64,000 nucleotides of DNA, taken from contig OZ024743.1 in NCBI GenBank assembly GCA_964016885.1, forward strand, positions 324,260,001 through 324,324,000, given 5' to 3'. The notes below the pieces were generated by a model that had not been told where the DNA came from, did no database searches, and was given only the letters and a program-made list of their open reading frames with translations. Of this stretch, positions 25,942 to 38,850 are shown in pieces. The translations under genes were made by a program, and so were the position numbers. The stretch's first letter is position 1; each line of letters opens with the position of its first letter. This stretch comes from Eledone cirrhosa. Lineage: Eukaryota.

Positions 25942-26163
25942 CAAAGTTTGTTTTATAAATATTGACATATCCAGGAAGAAGATCTTAACGGTTCAAGGAA
26001 AAAAGATCCTAACTATTCAGGAAAAACTTGAACCATTAAGATCTTCTTCCTGGATATGTCAATATCTATAAAACAAACTTTGTATTTTATCTGATGATAG
26101 CGTACCAAAGTTTTGGTTTGGATGGATGGATATATGTGTGTGTGTGTGCGTGTGCGTGTGTGC

Positions 26164-26195
<32 letters not shown>

Positions 26196-26217
26196 TTATA
26201 TATATATGTGTATATAT

Positions 26218-26553
26218 GGAGGCACATGGCTTAGTGGTTAGAGCATTAGCCTTGCAATCGAAAGGTTGTGAGTTCAATTCTCGGACAGGGTGATGTGTTG
26301 TTTCCTTGAGCAAGACACTTTATTTCACATTGCTCCAGTTTACTCAGCTGTAGAAATGAGATGATAGAGACTGGGGTCTCTATCATTCCACTGCAAAGTG
26401 GTCGTGGTGGTGCCACGGCAAAAAAAATCACCCAGCACTCACTGTAAATGAGATTGGTGTTAGGAAGGGCATCCAGCTGTAGAAATCAAGCCAGAATCAG
26501 TTCCCGTCCCACCCTTGCAAGCAGGGAAAAGCGGACGTAAAATGATGATGATG
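26218..26553 (+). mobile_element. Full-length CORE-type tRNA SINE
   Basis: GGAGGCACATGGCTTAGTGG head, B-box, CORE block, RTE-like tail. Confidence 0.9.
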
Positions 26554-27746
26554 ATATACATAAATATAAAAATGTATAATATACATGTGTATATATATAC
26601 ATAAATATATATATGTATATATACATACATAAATATATAAATGTATATATACATACATACATAAATATATAAATAAATATATATATCATATCATATATCA
26701 CTGACATTACTCTCTCTTGCTACTCTATCTATGTATCTATCTAACAATCTGTCTATTTCAGAGTAGCAACAAAAGATAATTTCACTAATATAACAAATAT
26801 ATAACATTCTCTACTTTGGTATTGAGCACTTTTTCTTCGTGTTTGTAAACACAAACATATTATACATATATCTTATTTCATATATAGATCATCACTTTAT
26901 GTCCATTTTCCCCACTAGCATGGATTGAACAGCTTATACTTGTTCATACATTTCACAGTTGGCATGGTTTTTGTAGCTGGATGCCCTTCCTTATGCCAAC
27001 CACCTTACAGGATGTACTGGGTATATTTTTTTGTGGCATTACCCCTACCATTGATGGAAAGTACAATGGAAACATATCCTCTTGTGTTAATGACCAGCTC
27101 CATTCCTTTTTTGTTTTAGAAACCATGATAAACAAAGGACCAGCAGGATTCTTCAATCATTTCGAGGAGATGAAAACCTCCTTAGTGCATGATAAAATGC
27201 ACTCAGTACACTCTGTAAAGTGGTTGGTGATAGGAAGGGCATCCAACTGTAGAAATCATGCCAAAACATGTGCTTCCCTGGGCCCATCTGGGAGGACAGT
27301 AGCTTTGGTTAAATAGTGACTTTGTGACAATCCATCCAACCCAAGCAGATATTAAATGATGATGGAGATGATGATGTTATATATCTATATATCTATTTTA
27401 TACATAAAGCCAGTAACTTCAATGACACTTCAAAATAAACAGTTACTATTAATAACAAATATTATGCCTATCTATCTCTCTATAGCCACCTGTCTATCTA
27501 TCCACCTACCTATCTACCCATCTTGCTATATTACAGCCCATTTATCTACCTATCTATCCACCTATCTGAGTATCTATCCACCTATCAAGTTAACCATCTC
27601 TTTCTATATCTCTACCTACCTATCCATCTCAACTCTCCATTTATTCACTAATCTATCTACCTACCTCCTATTTATTTATCTAGCTATCCAACTACCTATC
27701 TACCTATCTCAGTTTTCCTAAGAGGAACAGCATTAAATATATTTAC

Positions 27747-27803
27747 CATTGTAAATAGATGTCTTCTAAGCTACTGTCAGTAAAGTAAGTGATGTGAGTG
27801 CTT
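27747..27803 (-). CDS. Candidate 57-nt coding exon (STHITYFTDSSLEDIYLQ-W)
   Basis: Pyrimidine tract, CTAAC branch-like site, caaacAG acceptor, GTaaat donor, open frame. Confidence 0.3.
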
Positions 27804-28057
27804 CTGTTTGTTAGTCAAAAGATGGCATTAAAAAATGGCGGAGGAAAGAAGGGGAAATAACTACATAAATAAATAAGGAGATAAAAATCCACATTTACAG
27901 TGTAATAAAAAAAAAATGGAACTATGGTTGTAATATCTGGTGGTTAATTTTAGTACATTATCTCTCTTGCTTTTTATATATGCATGCATACACACTCACA
28001 CATCTATATATATATATATGTATATGTACATATATACACATATACAGGTACACACAT

Positions 28058-28123
<66 letters not shown>

Positions 28124-28877
28124 ATACATGTATACATATATTATACATATATATTTGTAACAATAAAATGCATTCAGCCAACACTGTAAAGTGGTAGTGC
28201 TGGTGCCATAATAAAATGTACGCAGCTCACCCTTTAGAGTGGTAGTGTTGTTACCACGAAAAAAGCACCCAATGCTTTAGGTGGTAGAGGTACTACTGTT
28301 AGGTGGTAGAGGCAATGCCTTGATAAAATGGACTTGGTACATGCTGTGAAGTACTTTTCTAGACATCCACCATAGAAAGCATGCTAAAACGGAACGCTTG
28401 AGTAAGATACAGTCATCTGACTTATCTGGCCACAGAACAACAATCTGTCTAACCCATGCAAGCATGAAAAATAGATGGAAAACAGAGATTAGGATGATGA
28501 TTACATATAATAAACACACAAGAGTTTTGCTGAGAATATTTTGAGGTGTGATTATGTCACAGCTATCTCAGTAACTGGTGAAAATGCCAGACATGTGTTT
28601 CTGGATTTGTATCTGTCATTGGTAACATTTACTCATTTGGTACTGAGACAAGAATAAGCTAAAGCTTAAATGTTTTTTTTGGCTTATTTTGTATATGAAA
28701 CATCGTCTGAAGATGCTCATTTGCATACAGTGCAAACTTGATTGGCTATCATCATCATCATCATCATTCTACATCTGTTATTCCATGCTTGCTATTTGTT
28801 CTGGCTCACTGCACTCCCACCTTCTGCTAGGATTTGCAGCTGTCAGATAGTATCAACAATGGAGAGACCAGTGGACA

Positions 28878-28949
<72 letters not shown>

Positions 28950-29064
28950 TGTAACGTGCAGTTACTGTAGGTTCATCCAAGTGAGCACTCGATGCGTAGT
29001 TTCCCATCTGTAACGAGGTGTAGTAAAAGGACGAATTGTTATGCCTTCATTACGTTTATTGAAT

Positions 29065-29149
29065 AGTGGCACGTGTTTCGCTATTGATCAGCTCAAAGTT
29101 CGATCTGTATCGATCTGGCTCAACCCTGGAATCAAAAGCTCATCGGATC
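29065..29149 (-). ncRNA. Degenerate hammerhead motif with long stem II (family 4)
   Basis: Minus strand: CCGATGA-gcttttgat...atcaatagc-GAAA-CACGTG; homologous to 44183-44267. Confidence 0.45.
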
Positions 29150-29614
29150 TCTGCTGTGTGAGAGAATGTATGGTTCGTTTGTTTGTTTTTCTGTTTTGAT
29201 TTGTTGCCATCAAACACACATGTTACCCACAGAAATGCTTATCTCTTTTCTTGCTACATGAGCTGACCCCAAATAAGTAGTTCTCTCTTCCTCGCACAAA
29301 ACTACAAGGCCAGATGAGATGAGAGCTGATAAGCTGGAACTACGTCTGTGCTTTGGTTTTGTAACTTTAATCTCCACTCATTTTCTAACTCTGGTCTTCA
29401 CTTGTTTTCCTTATAACTCCTACATACCAAAACACACATCTCTTAATCATCTATACTTTTCACCCACCCGACTTCGCAAATTTCTGTTTCTCCGTAGCAG
29501 CCACTGACCACTATTTTCCGTCCATGGCGGTATTTTTATTTGACTTTCATGCTGTTTTTATTAAAGGCATTGGCTGTTTTATAAGCTATTTATCACGTTT
29601 ATATATATATCTAA

Positions 29615-29726
29615 AAAAAGTCTAAAGTCTGTCTTAAGCTCATTTGGCCGGTGCTTATCCCGGTTTCATGGCGTGAAGCGACTGAGAGTAAAAGACTCCC
29701 CTCTGGACGAGGCGCCAGTCCATCGC

Positions 29727-29727
<1 letters not shown>
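29615..29727 (-). mobile_element. 3' fragment of the second CORE-SINE family (as at 52408)
   Basis: Reverse complement matches 52566-52695. Confidence 0.8.
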
Positions 29728-29760
<33 letters not shown>

Positions 29761-29804
29761 GTAGAACACTGGAAGGTAATATCCGTAGTGGTAGAGCACT
29801 CAGT

Positions 29805-29854
29805 CCATTACGAGCTGAGGATCCGCTAAGGTGAAACAATTGTTCTCGGTATGG
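29805..29854 (+). ncRNA. Intact-looking minimal type-I hammerhead ribozyme (family 3)
   Basis: CGAG-CTGAGGA-tccgctaaggt-GAAA-CAATTG-TT-CTCG; outer CCAT/ATGG extends stem I. Confidence 0.75.
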
Positions 29855-29877
29855 TGAACTAACTGTTGTGTAACCAC

Positions 29878-29921
<44 letters not shown>

Positions 29922-31222
29922 TCAGAGAAACCAACAAAGAGGACAAGACAACGAACGAAAACAAAGCAAAACGAAAAACAATCGTTTAAACGGGAAACCT
30001 TAAAAAATTATTTAAAAAAAATAAAAACACAAACGAAATACACAGAACTCCAGGGTCATTGGTCGTTGAGTTAGACTTAGGCAGTTTTTACTCCTACCAA
30101 CAGTACTGCTGGTCCACTCGGAGTCACAGCGCGCGCGCACACACACCTCATATAAGTCAAGATAAACAAATGTAAAGAAGAATGCTAAAAGGCATGAACC
30201 ACCCGAAGGTCGTCAATACTTGAAAGATAAAGGTCAGATATGTTTAGACTCGACATGTACGACGAAGTACAGTATATTCAATGATTAAATATTTATCTTA
30301 ATTATACCATGGGCACCACAATGCATGGAGATAATGTCGTTAAAAATAGTGAAGCATCAACTTATCTATTTAGTGACAGGTGACTTTGTATCTTTGAGGA
30401 CAAGATGGAAATCACTCTTTAACAAGTCGCCAGAGTAGATGGGGTCATGCAGGGTCATCTATTGCTGTATTCAGATAAGCACCTAAATGCATGCAGTCGA
30501 TATACATAGGCACTTTTATAAATTAGTATTAAACATGTGTGGTTTGTTTTTAATAATGTGGTGAGGGTCGGGAGATAAGTCTTCAGTTGTGTCAAGGGCA
30601 TGGCAACAACTTTAAAGTTGGTGGCATGTGATAACGCACCCAGTACATGTTGTGAAGTAGTTGATGAGTTGATGATAAGAGGGGCATCCAGCCATAGAAG
30701 ACTTGCCAAACGAAGTAGTGTCAGAGACATGACAACGCCTCTAATGCTAGTGCTACAATAAAATTCACCTGGTGCACTCTGTAGAGTGCAGAAAGATATA
30801 CGAGGTGAGGGCCCCTGGCCTGTCTGAGAGGTCACCACCACTGACTAAGTACTGACTCAGTTGATGACAACCTGTCTAACCATTGCTATGAGTAACAAAA
30901 TGTATCACTGACATACTTGTATGTTGTTGCGATTAGAATAATGAGGATGCAGTATTGTTGAACGGTTAAGAAGTTCGCTTTGCAATCATAAGATCCCAGG
31001 TTTGATCCTATTGCGCGGTTTCTGGGGCTAGTGTCATTTATTGAAGTTTTAAATCAACCGATGCTTTGTGGGTGAGCTTGAGATAGACAGACAGATAAAT
31101 AGATAGTTGTATATATGTACCTATAACACGTGGAGCTACTGAGGGTGACCCATCTATGAAGACTGTGACTCCGATGATGATAGTGGTGATAACGATATGT
31201 GTGTGTGTGTGTGTGTGTGTAT

Positions 31223-31253
<31 letters not shown>

Positions 31254-31257
31254 CGCG

Positions 31258-31654
31258 CAGACCAGTCAACTCTTCTCGTCCGATGGGGAGATCTCTCACT
31301 CACTTTGGGGTGAGTGAGAGATGTCTTCTCTTGTGAAAATGGGTATAGCTTTCATTATATGAAATCTCCCTGGCGGTGGATTGGCAGTATCGGTGGAGGG
31401 TCGGATGCCATGCTTTCCAGCATAGTTACGTCCCTTTACGATCTGAGTTCAAATCCCGCCGAGGTTGACTTTGCCTTTCATCCTTACGGGGTCGATAAAA
31501 TAAAGTACCAGTAATGCACTGGGTAATTGCTGGCCTTGTGCCTAAAGTAGAAACAATTATATAAAATCTCCCTATTTTACTTCATTTTTCCCAGTTTTAG
31601 GGCACTTTTTTCATGGTACTCCCCGTTTGGGTTTTTTAGATGTTGGCAGGTCTG
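31258..31654. mobile_element. ~190-bp MITE (TIR CAGACCTGCCAAC-like, hAT-like) interrupted by a SINE
   Basis: Ends CAGACCAGTCAAC / GTTGGCAGGTCTG; uninterrupted copies at 44301, 53280 and 58082. Confidence 0.8.
31372..31555 (+). mobile_element. Meta-domain-type SINE with 18-bp TSD
   Basis: Flanked by ATTATATGAAATCTCCCT and ATTATATAAAATCTCCCT. Confidence 0.9.
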
Positions 31655-31994
31655 GTGTATGTATGATTTTATATAGAAATGGGTTGTAACACTATCATAT
31701 GGAAGCAGGTGTACGCCCACAGGTTTAATTATCTATGCAGCTATACATACATGCACACACACACTACGTGGGTGAATGTTTGTTACATAAACACATGCGA
31801 TCGATAAATATATACACGTGTAGAGTGGATCACAGCAAATTGTTATGAATCACGTGCAATAGGAAAAGAAAACACCATCAGCAGCAACAACAGTAGCAAC
31901 TGTAACTTCATCAATAGTAGCAACAACAGCATCATTAATAACAACAACAACAGCATCAATAACAACAACATCAGTAGCAATAACAGCATTGATA

Positions 31995-32212
31995 ATGGTT
32001 TCTAGTATAGGCACATTGCCAGTAATTTAGGGGGGAGGGGAAAGTCGATTAAATCGACTCCAGTGCGTGACTGGTACTTTATTTTATCGACCCCGTAAGG
32101 ATGAAAGGCAAAGTTAACCTCGGCGGGAATTGAACTCAGACCGTAAAGGGCCGTAACTCTGTGCTGCTAAGCATGGTGTCCGACTCTCTACCGATACTGC
32201 CAATCCATCGCC
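31995..32212 (-). mobile_element. Meta-domain-type SINE
   Basis: Reverse complement matches the 34337-34522 family. Confidence 0.85.
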
Positions 32213-32668
32213 CCAATAACAACATCAGTAGCAAAAACATCACTAACAACATCAATAGCAACAACAACCTCAATAGCAATAACAACAGCATCAGTAGCAA
32301 AAACAAAAGTAGTACCAACACCACTATCAACTACATCAATAGTAACACCACCACCAATATATCACTCGTCCTCCACTCATCACAACAACAGCGACGACGG
32401 CCACCACCACCATAACTACTGCACTTATCCCGACTAGCACCATCACAACAACGACCACCACCATAACAATACATCATAGACATGCAACAAAGACACAATC
32501 TAATTGATCGTCATAGCATGAAAAACTGAACGATTTTCTGATAATCTGTAAGGAGGGAGGTAATTATAATCACCAACTAACGGTGAAAGTGGATGTTACA
32601 AGAATTAGCTACACCCCTCCACAACGAGTTACCGTTTTGCTATTGAAACGTTTTATGAAACATTTCAG

Positions 32669-32711
<43 letters not shown>

Positions 32712-33010
32712 ATGGCCGATTTGGTAGCCCTCATTCCATCTAGTTGTCACATTCTATTTGCTCCGCTGGATCAAGCAAGATAGGGAAGGAAGGATTTCTG
32801 TGACTACATGGGCACCTAAAGCCCTTAGCAAAAGCATGGCACACACTCAAGGCCTATAAGAGTGGGGTCCAGCCGGTACTTTGTTCCGTGGCTCAAGAGC
32901 TAAAAAAATCCCCACAACAACCATGTAACATCCATTTTGAGTAAAATCTTTGCCTTGCTTCGAGACCCAAAGGGGTCTTGTACCACCTTACAACATTTCT
33001 CTTGGAGACC

Positions 33011-33064
<54 letters not shown>

Positions 33065-34336
33065 TCATAAACCCGGATCTGCGGAAATCAAGAGCGCTCA
33101 CGAAGAAAAATCTGGGATTTGCAACAAAATAATATAGTGTATGAGTTACCATAGTCGATTTTAAGATAAGCCAAGCCCTATCAGAAGGGAAGGCGAGATT
33201 GCAAATTTTGCTCCTCAGAAGTATTGGAGATTGTGATTGGAAAGGATCTGTTAAACTCATGACATGAGAACCTTTCCAAAATACTGTCCACACTAACACA
33301 TTCCTCTAAATTCTCCTACTCCTTATGTAGACAACTTTTCATCCATACCACTGAATAACCCACATATCTTTATGTTCTATAACACTAACTTAGGTGATAT
33401 ACACATCTCACTTTCATACTCACCCAACCACAACTAACTTATAGACCATCGTACAACATTGCCCTTTAGATAATAAATGGAGCGATATATTACCTTAAAT
33501 AGGTAGTCTCAACACAAACAATTAGATTCTACAGCGCATATACCACCAACTATTACAACTATATTAGATGTGATCCCACTTCTCTGCATCTATTTTCACG
33601 ATAATACCAGCATCCATACATCCACATTAATCACTTTTATTACAGCCTTACACATCTATTTCAACGTTTCAACAAAATACCCATCTTTCCTCGCTTGGTT
33701 CCATCAACTACCCTAAATTATAGATTCAACTACGAGATCTCCCTATTCTTACCCTTTGTTCTTTTCCCATAAATTTTATACATTGCATTAACTTTCACCT
33801 CTTCCTAAATACATTCTTTCTCCTTCTATTTTAACAGGTCCCACACCCCTAATGAACTACACTTCATAACGGGCAGCGACTGACCAATCACAAAATATAC
33901 TTCTCTACTTTTCGCCACTCTCATTTCTTATAATGACAATATATTGGCTACTTTCTGGTTTGTTTATCACCCCTTTAACTTGTACGCTGATCTATTCTAT
34001 TGTACGCATGCACATATATTTGTATATTTGTTTAAATTTACATGTAAGTTATCTAGTATTTTTGACCATAGATACATCGATGATATATGTGTATGTACAT
34101 AATTTACTATATAAGCACATTTTTATCCACTTACCTTCAGTTTCTCCCGAATCTCAGCGATGATATGCAGAACTTGACAACGCAGTTCGATTACGTAATA
34201 ATTTAGTTTTCGCAGGCGACTACATAGCTATATTGAAACACGTGTTAGAGACCCTATTGTAAAATAAATGTTTTTTGAACTTTAACGAATGTTGCCTAGT
34301 TTTTCCTGATATCCTGTTTATATTATATTATATACT

Positions 34337-34522
34337 GGTGGATTGGCAGTATCGGTAGAGGGTCGGACGCCATGCTTTGACGCACAGAGTTACGGCCCTT
34401 GCTATTCTGAGTTCAAATCCTGCCGAGGTTAACTTTGCCTTTCATCCTTACGGGGTCGATAAAATAAAGTACCAGTAATGCACTGGGATAATTGCTGGCC
34501 TTGTGCCAAAAGTAGAAACAAT
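34337..34522 (+). mobile_element. Meta-domain-type SINE
   Basis: GGTGGATTGGCAGTATCGGTAGAG head, GAGTTCAAATCC B-box, TTTGCCTTTCATCCTTACGGGGTCGATAAAATAAAGTACCAG. Confidence 0.88.
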
Positions 34523-35421
34523 TATATACATACTTATATATAAACATACATATAGATATATATGTGTGTATATATGTAATGTACAAGGGAGATATGTGTG
34601 TACAGAAGAAGTGTTTACGGTATAGCATTGAAACAAAACATTGTTAATACCTCAGTAATTTATTAATAATATAATTGCTGAAACAGTGAATGGGAGGCAT
34701 CCTTTTTTTACCTATGGAGATAGGTGTTAGGGGATTTGTTGTAACCAGGGTCGACTCGCTGCTCAGGGGCCTTGGACTAGCCACAAAAGAAAGAAAGCAT
34801 CTTGTGAGGAAATTATCAAAGGGTGCTTTGAAACTAAGTCACTATAATTGGCTAAAAAGAGATGAATGGTGCATCTGATGCAATATGTGCAGCTGATGGG
34901 ATATAGTGTGGAGCTTGACAAAGATACGTGCCCGAGTCACAACATATGGCTCACCTAATTTAGGGCAGTTGTATAGGAGTTTCGTCACCTACATCTGTAT
35001 ATGGGCGCATGTAGCTTTGTTGTATTGGTGGAAGGGACTGAAACACCTTAAGGGTCAGAGATGGAATAGAGCAGCATCCTCAGCACACAAGTGTGCTTAA
35101 CACAAAATGAGATGGTACTGTCATGTGACAAGATATGATGGATTGAACAAGACAATCCTCCTAGGAATACTTCAGGGGAAAAGAAGGCAAGACTGTCAGG
35201 AGAAAAAATAGATGAATAACATCACAAAATAGATTGGTAAAAACTTCACAACAGCCCAAGTGGTGGCTTATAATAGGATAGGAGGTGGTACACTGCTCCA
35301 TCATGCAGCACCCATCACAACTTTCAAAGAAAAAAATGAAGTGACATACACACACACACATATATATATATAAGCCATTTCTATATTAAACATTATATAT
35401 ATATAATGTTCAATATAGAAA

Positions 35422-35475
35422 TGGCTTGTACAGCACTAGAACTGTTTCATTTGAAGGAAATCATCAGGAAAGCCA
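35422..35475 (-). ncRNA. Type-I hammerhead motif (family 5)
   Basis: Minus strand: TGGCTTTC-CTGATGA-tttccttcaaat-GAAA-cag(ttctagtg)ctg-TA-CAAGCCA; related 3' half at 1807-1840. Confidence 0.6.
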
Positions 35476-36229
35476 ACTGTCATTGTGATATATATATTCT
35501 ATAGTACAGAATAACAATCAGAATTTAATACAAACATGATGTATATTATTTTACACTCCATGACCCCTCTTTTGTACCAAGCACATTGACAGATTGTGTT
35601 TACTGTGTTTATTGTGACACCCCTACCTCCACCTACCTGATTTTATTGACAAAAATACCCCAAACCACCACCACCACCACTAGATAAAGAAGTGTAAGAA
35701 CATTCATAATGTTTGTAAAGACTAGCAATAATACATTTATGGATGGCATGGTTAGTTATGATTCTAACATCTGTTGTTTATCACATGACACAGAAGAACA
35801 AACAACATCTGTTGCTAATATATCATAAAGTTTGGACAATAAATATTAAAGTCTGTCCCAAGTCCTTGAAGCTCATCAAGTCAGAGCTTATCCTGGTTCA
35901 TATGTATAATGTACAAGATGCCTGTCTGTCACTGACCATTACTGCTGCTAGTCCCTGCTACTGATGCTAGTACTATTTTCTTTTCATCTGAGTGGACTGG
36001 AGAAATATGAAATGAAGTCTTGCTCAAGAACATAATGGGCCAACTGAACCCACGATCTTATGTAACCACGATACGTACTGCTAATGATCCTCTGGGCTTG
36101 GGCCAGACTTTAACTGACAAACTCCAGGTATGGACAATGGTATGAGAACAATCTACTCCTATGGTCTAAGAGTTTGACCCCTATGGTCTAAGAGTTTGGT
36201 TCAAAATTTGAGAACATTGCAGACTATAA

Positions 36230-36505
36230 CAAGCACTTGAAGATCGCCAGACGGTACAAGAGCTAAAACACTGGGATTATAACAACTAGGAAGAAGACAC
36301 TAGTCAGAATATATCAGTGTATAATAATGGTATACCTCTGAAGAGGGCCAGAAGGTACAACAGCTGAAATGTCGTGATTATAACCATCAAAATGAGGAAA
36401 CTAGTCTGAACATATCAGTGTTTAAAAATAATTCCTCTGAAGATGACCAGAAGGTGAAATGTGATGGTAACACCCAGGAGGAGGACACTAGTTCGAATAA
36501 ATCAT
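36230..36505 (+). repeat. ~100-bp tandem repeat x 3, each unit with a hammerhead-like CTGAAGA...GAAA core
   Basis: (T/C)TGAAGA at 36237, 36338 and 36437, each followed by CCAGA-GGT..(G)AAA..TAAC..GAGGA/AAGA..ACTAGT. Confidence 0.65.
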
Positions 36506-36649
36506 TTTATATCATATATAGCTTCGACAATAAAGAAGGTCAATATATCAGATGATTAAAATATATCTCCAAGTCCAAATCTCACTAAGGTGTGCTTTTC
36601 CTTTCATCCTTTTGGAATTGATAAAATAAAGCAGTAGTCCATTATACCC

Positions 36650-37300
36650 CCAAACCTAACGAAGCATCACCTTAACCCAAACACTAACGTTGATATTAAC
36701 TAATACTAATACTAACGTTAATTCTATCGAAACTTAACCCTAATGCCAACTTTAATACTAACTAAGCTGAACTCTAATCCTAATGCCAAACCCTAATGCT
36801 AACGTTAATACTAATTAAGTCTAACCCTAACCCAAATATTAACTAAGCCTAACACTAAAGCTAACGTTAATACTAACGAAACCTAACCCTAACTCCAACT
36901 AAACCTAACCCTAACTCCAACTAAACCTAACCCTTATATATACGCAATACAATCGGTGAATAAGATTATATACTTTCATTTTCTTCATTCTAGATCTATT
37001 GTCAAATATACAACTAACCTTAACATTAATCCTAACCTTAAACCTAACGTAGACTAACCTTAAACCTAACGGAAACTAACCCTTAAACCTAACGTAGACT
37101 ACCCTTAATTAACCATAACTCCAATACTCTCCAGCTTTAACCCTAACGTGTGTATTCACACACGATTTTCGTTTTCTTTTATTTAATATCTATTGTCAAT
37201 GATGCTCTTAACCTAACTCTGGCGAAGCCTAACTCAAACCAAATTCTAACCCTAACATTAACTAATCCTAATCAATTCTAACGAAGCCTAACGCTAATTC
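36650..37300. repeat. Degenerate (CCTAA/CCCTAA)-rich telomere-like repeats in AT-rich blocks
   Basis: Many CTAACCCTAA and AAACCTAAC units. Confidence 0.7.
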
Positions 37301-37809
37301 TGATGTGTACATATACGCAATAACGTCGGTGAATAAAGCGAGATATATCCGTTTTCTGCATTCGAGATGCATTGTCCAATGCCATACAAAAACAGTCCTT
37401 ATTTATCTCTCCAGTTTATACGTTGTTCTCTAGATTCTGTTTTGTTGTTTTAGAACAACCACATTGAAAACAGTTTGATGAAAACTATTAAACCAGAGAC
37501 AAAAAAACCATTGTAAAAAGGTTAAATATTTAAAAAGGCGAGGAAAGGGCAGAATGATATAAAGATTATTACCAGAACAATTGTGTGAAGTTAGCAGATT
37601 TCCTACTTAAAATAAATATAGATTCAACATGAGTATATAAATATAGATTCAACATGAGTAATACATATATATACCAGTATGTGGTTGACGGCTGTGAGTA
37701 GTATTGTTACTCTGGAGTTTCGCCAGTTCTTGTCTGATGACCCTGTAATAAACGAAACTCCAAAGTAACAATGACTCACTATTTAGCCTTAATAAAATAA
37801 ATGTATATA

Positions 37810-37972
37810 CAGTTGTCCCCTGGTATTCGCGTAGGCTAAGTTCCTAAAGCACCCGCGAAGAGTGAAAAACCGCGAATATTGGACGGGGTCCATAAAAATG
37901 CCTATAAACGTCAAAATAGGACGTAAAATATAATTCTAAACACCGGCAAATGCGGTATACTTTTATTAATAA
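37810..37972 (+). mobile_element. Left end of a Tigger/pogo-like MITE
   Basis: TA-CAGTTGTCCCCTGGTATTCGCG; homologous to 54654-54850. Confidence 0.7.
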
Positions 37973-38850
37973 CTATCAGTGGTACCCGGCGTTGCACGTG
38001 ATAAGGTATTTTGGAACGCGGGCCGCCAACAGACCTAATTGTGGAAAAACTGCATGCATGGACAATATGTAAAGAAAAGAAACCGAATACTCTGATGGCT
38101 GGATAATCTTTAAGATTTTCCTCGATGAAGCAGGAAAAATGCAGGTTTTCACCTAATGCGGGCCCTAGGGGATCAAGAAAATGAATTTTTTATGTGCATA
38201 ACATGCCTTGAAATTTCGGGAAAATCGGCTAGAAAAAAAAAGCCCTAAAAAGCTGAAAAAATGATGTTTTTCACCTAATGCCATGTTTTTCACCTAGGAC
38301 TTTAAAAAGTTGGATTTTCTTTGCTCACGGTATGAAGAAGAGACTGACTAATACATAGTTACAATTTCAAGGAAATCGGTCTGACGTAACGCCTCAAAAA
38401 ACCCATAAAATCCTGAAAAAACGCAGTTTTTCACCTAGGGGATCAAAAAGTTGAATTTTTTTTATGTGCATAACACTCCCTGAAACATAAGTAATACACG
38501 TGTAAAGTCGGTTGGGTATTTCTCGAGTTTTAGGGATTCAAACTCACACACACACACACACACACACACATCCTCAGGGAAGTGACGTAATGCAGACATA
38601 CAGACAGATATTATAAGGGCGCGACGTTATATGTATATCTATCTAAAAAGAGAAAGACTAAAAATTATAGAGAGAGATCGCTAAATCGCCTATTGCGGTC
38701 CCTAGGGCATTGAAAATTTGAATTTTTTTTTGCTCAAAACACTCCCTGACATGTGTAAAGTTTGAAAACAGTCGGTTGGGTGTTTCTCGAGTTTTAGGGT
38801 TTCAAACTCACACACACACAGACAGACATCCTCAGTTTTATATATATAGA
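37973..38850 (-). mobile_element. Non-autonomous Helitron-like element with internal repeats
   Basis: Minus strand starts TCTATATATATAAAACTGAGGATGTCTGTCTG; ends ACGTGCAACGCCGGGTACCACTGA; TTTTCACCTA repeats; 38437-38577 duplicated at 38701-38835. Confidence 0.6.

Noticed and set aside
26218-26290. tRNA gene
   Set aside because: A and B boxes are present but run directly into a CORE domain in a multicopy element; it is a SINE head without a complete cloverleaf
34150-34252. Additional hammerhead (GCGATGA...GAAA-CACGTG-TT-AGAG)
   Set aside because: Two core mismatches and no convincing stem II; too degenerate to call
36650-37300. True telomere
   Set aside because: Repeats are degenerate, interrupted and internal to the window
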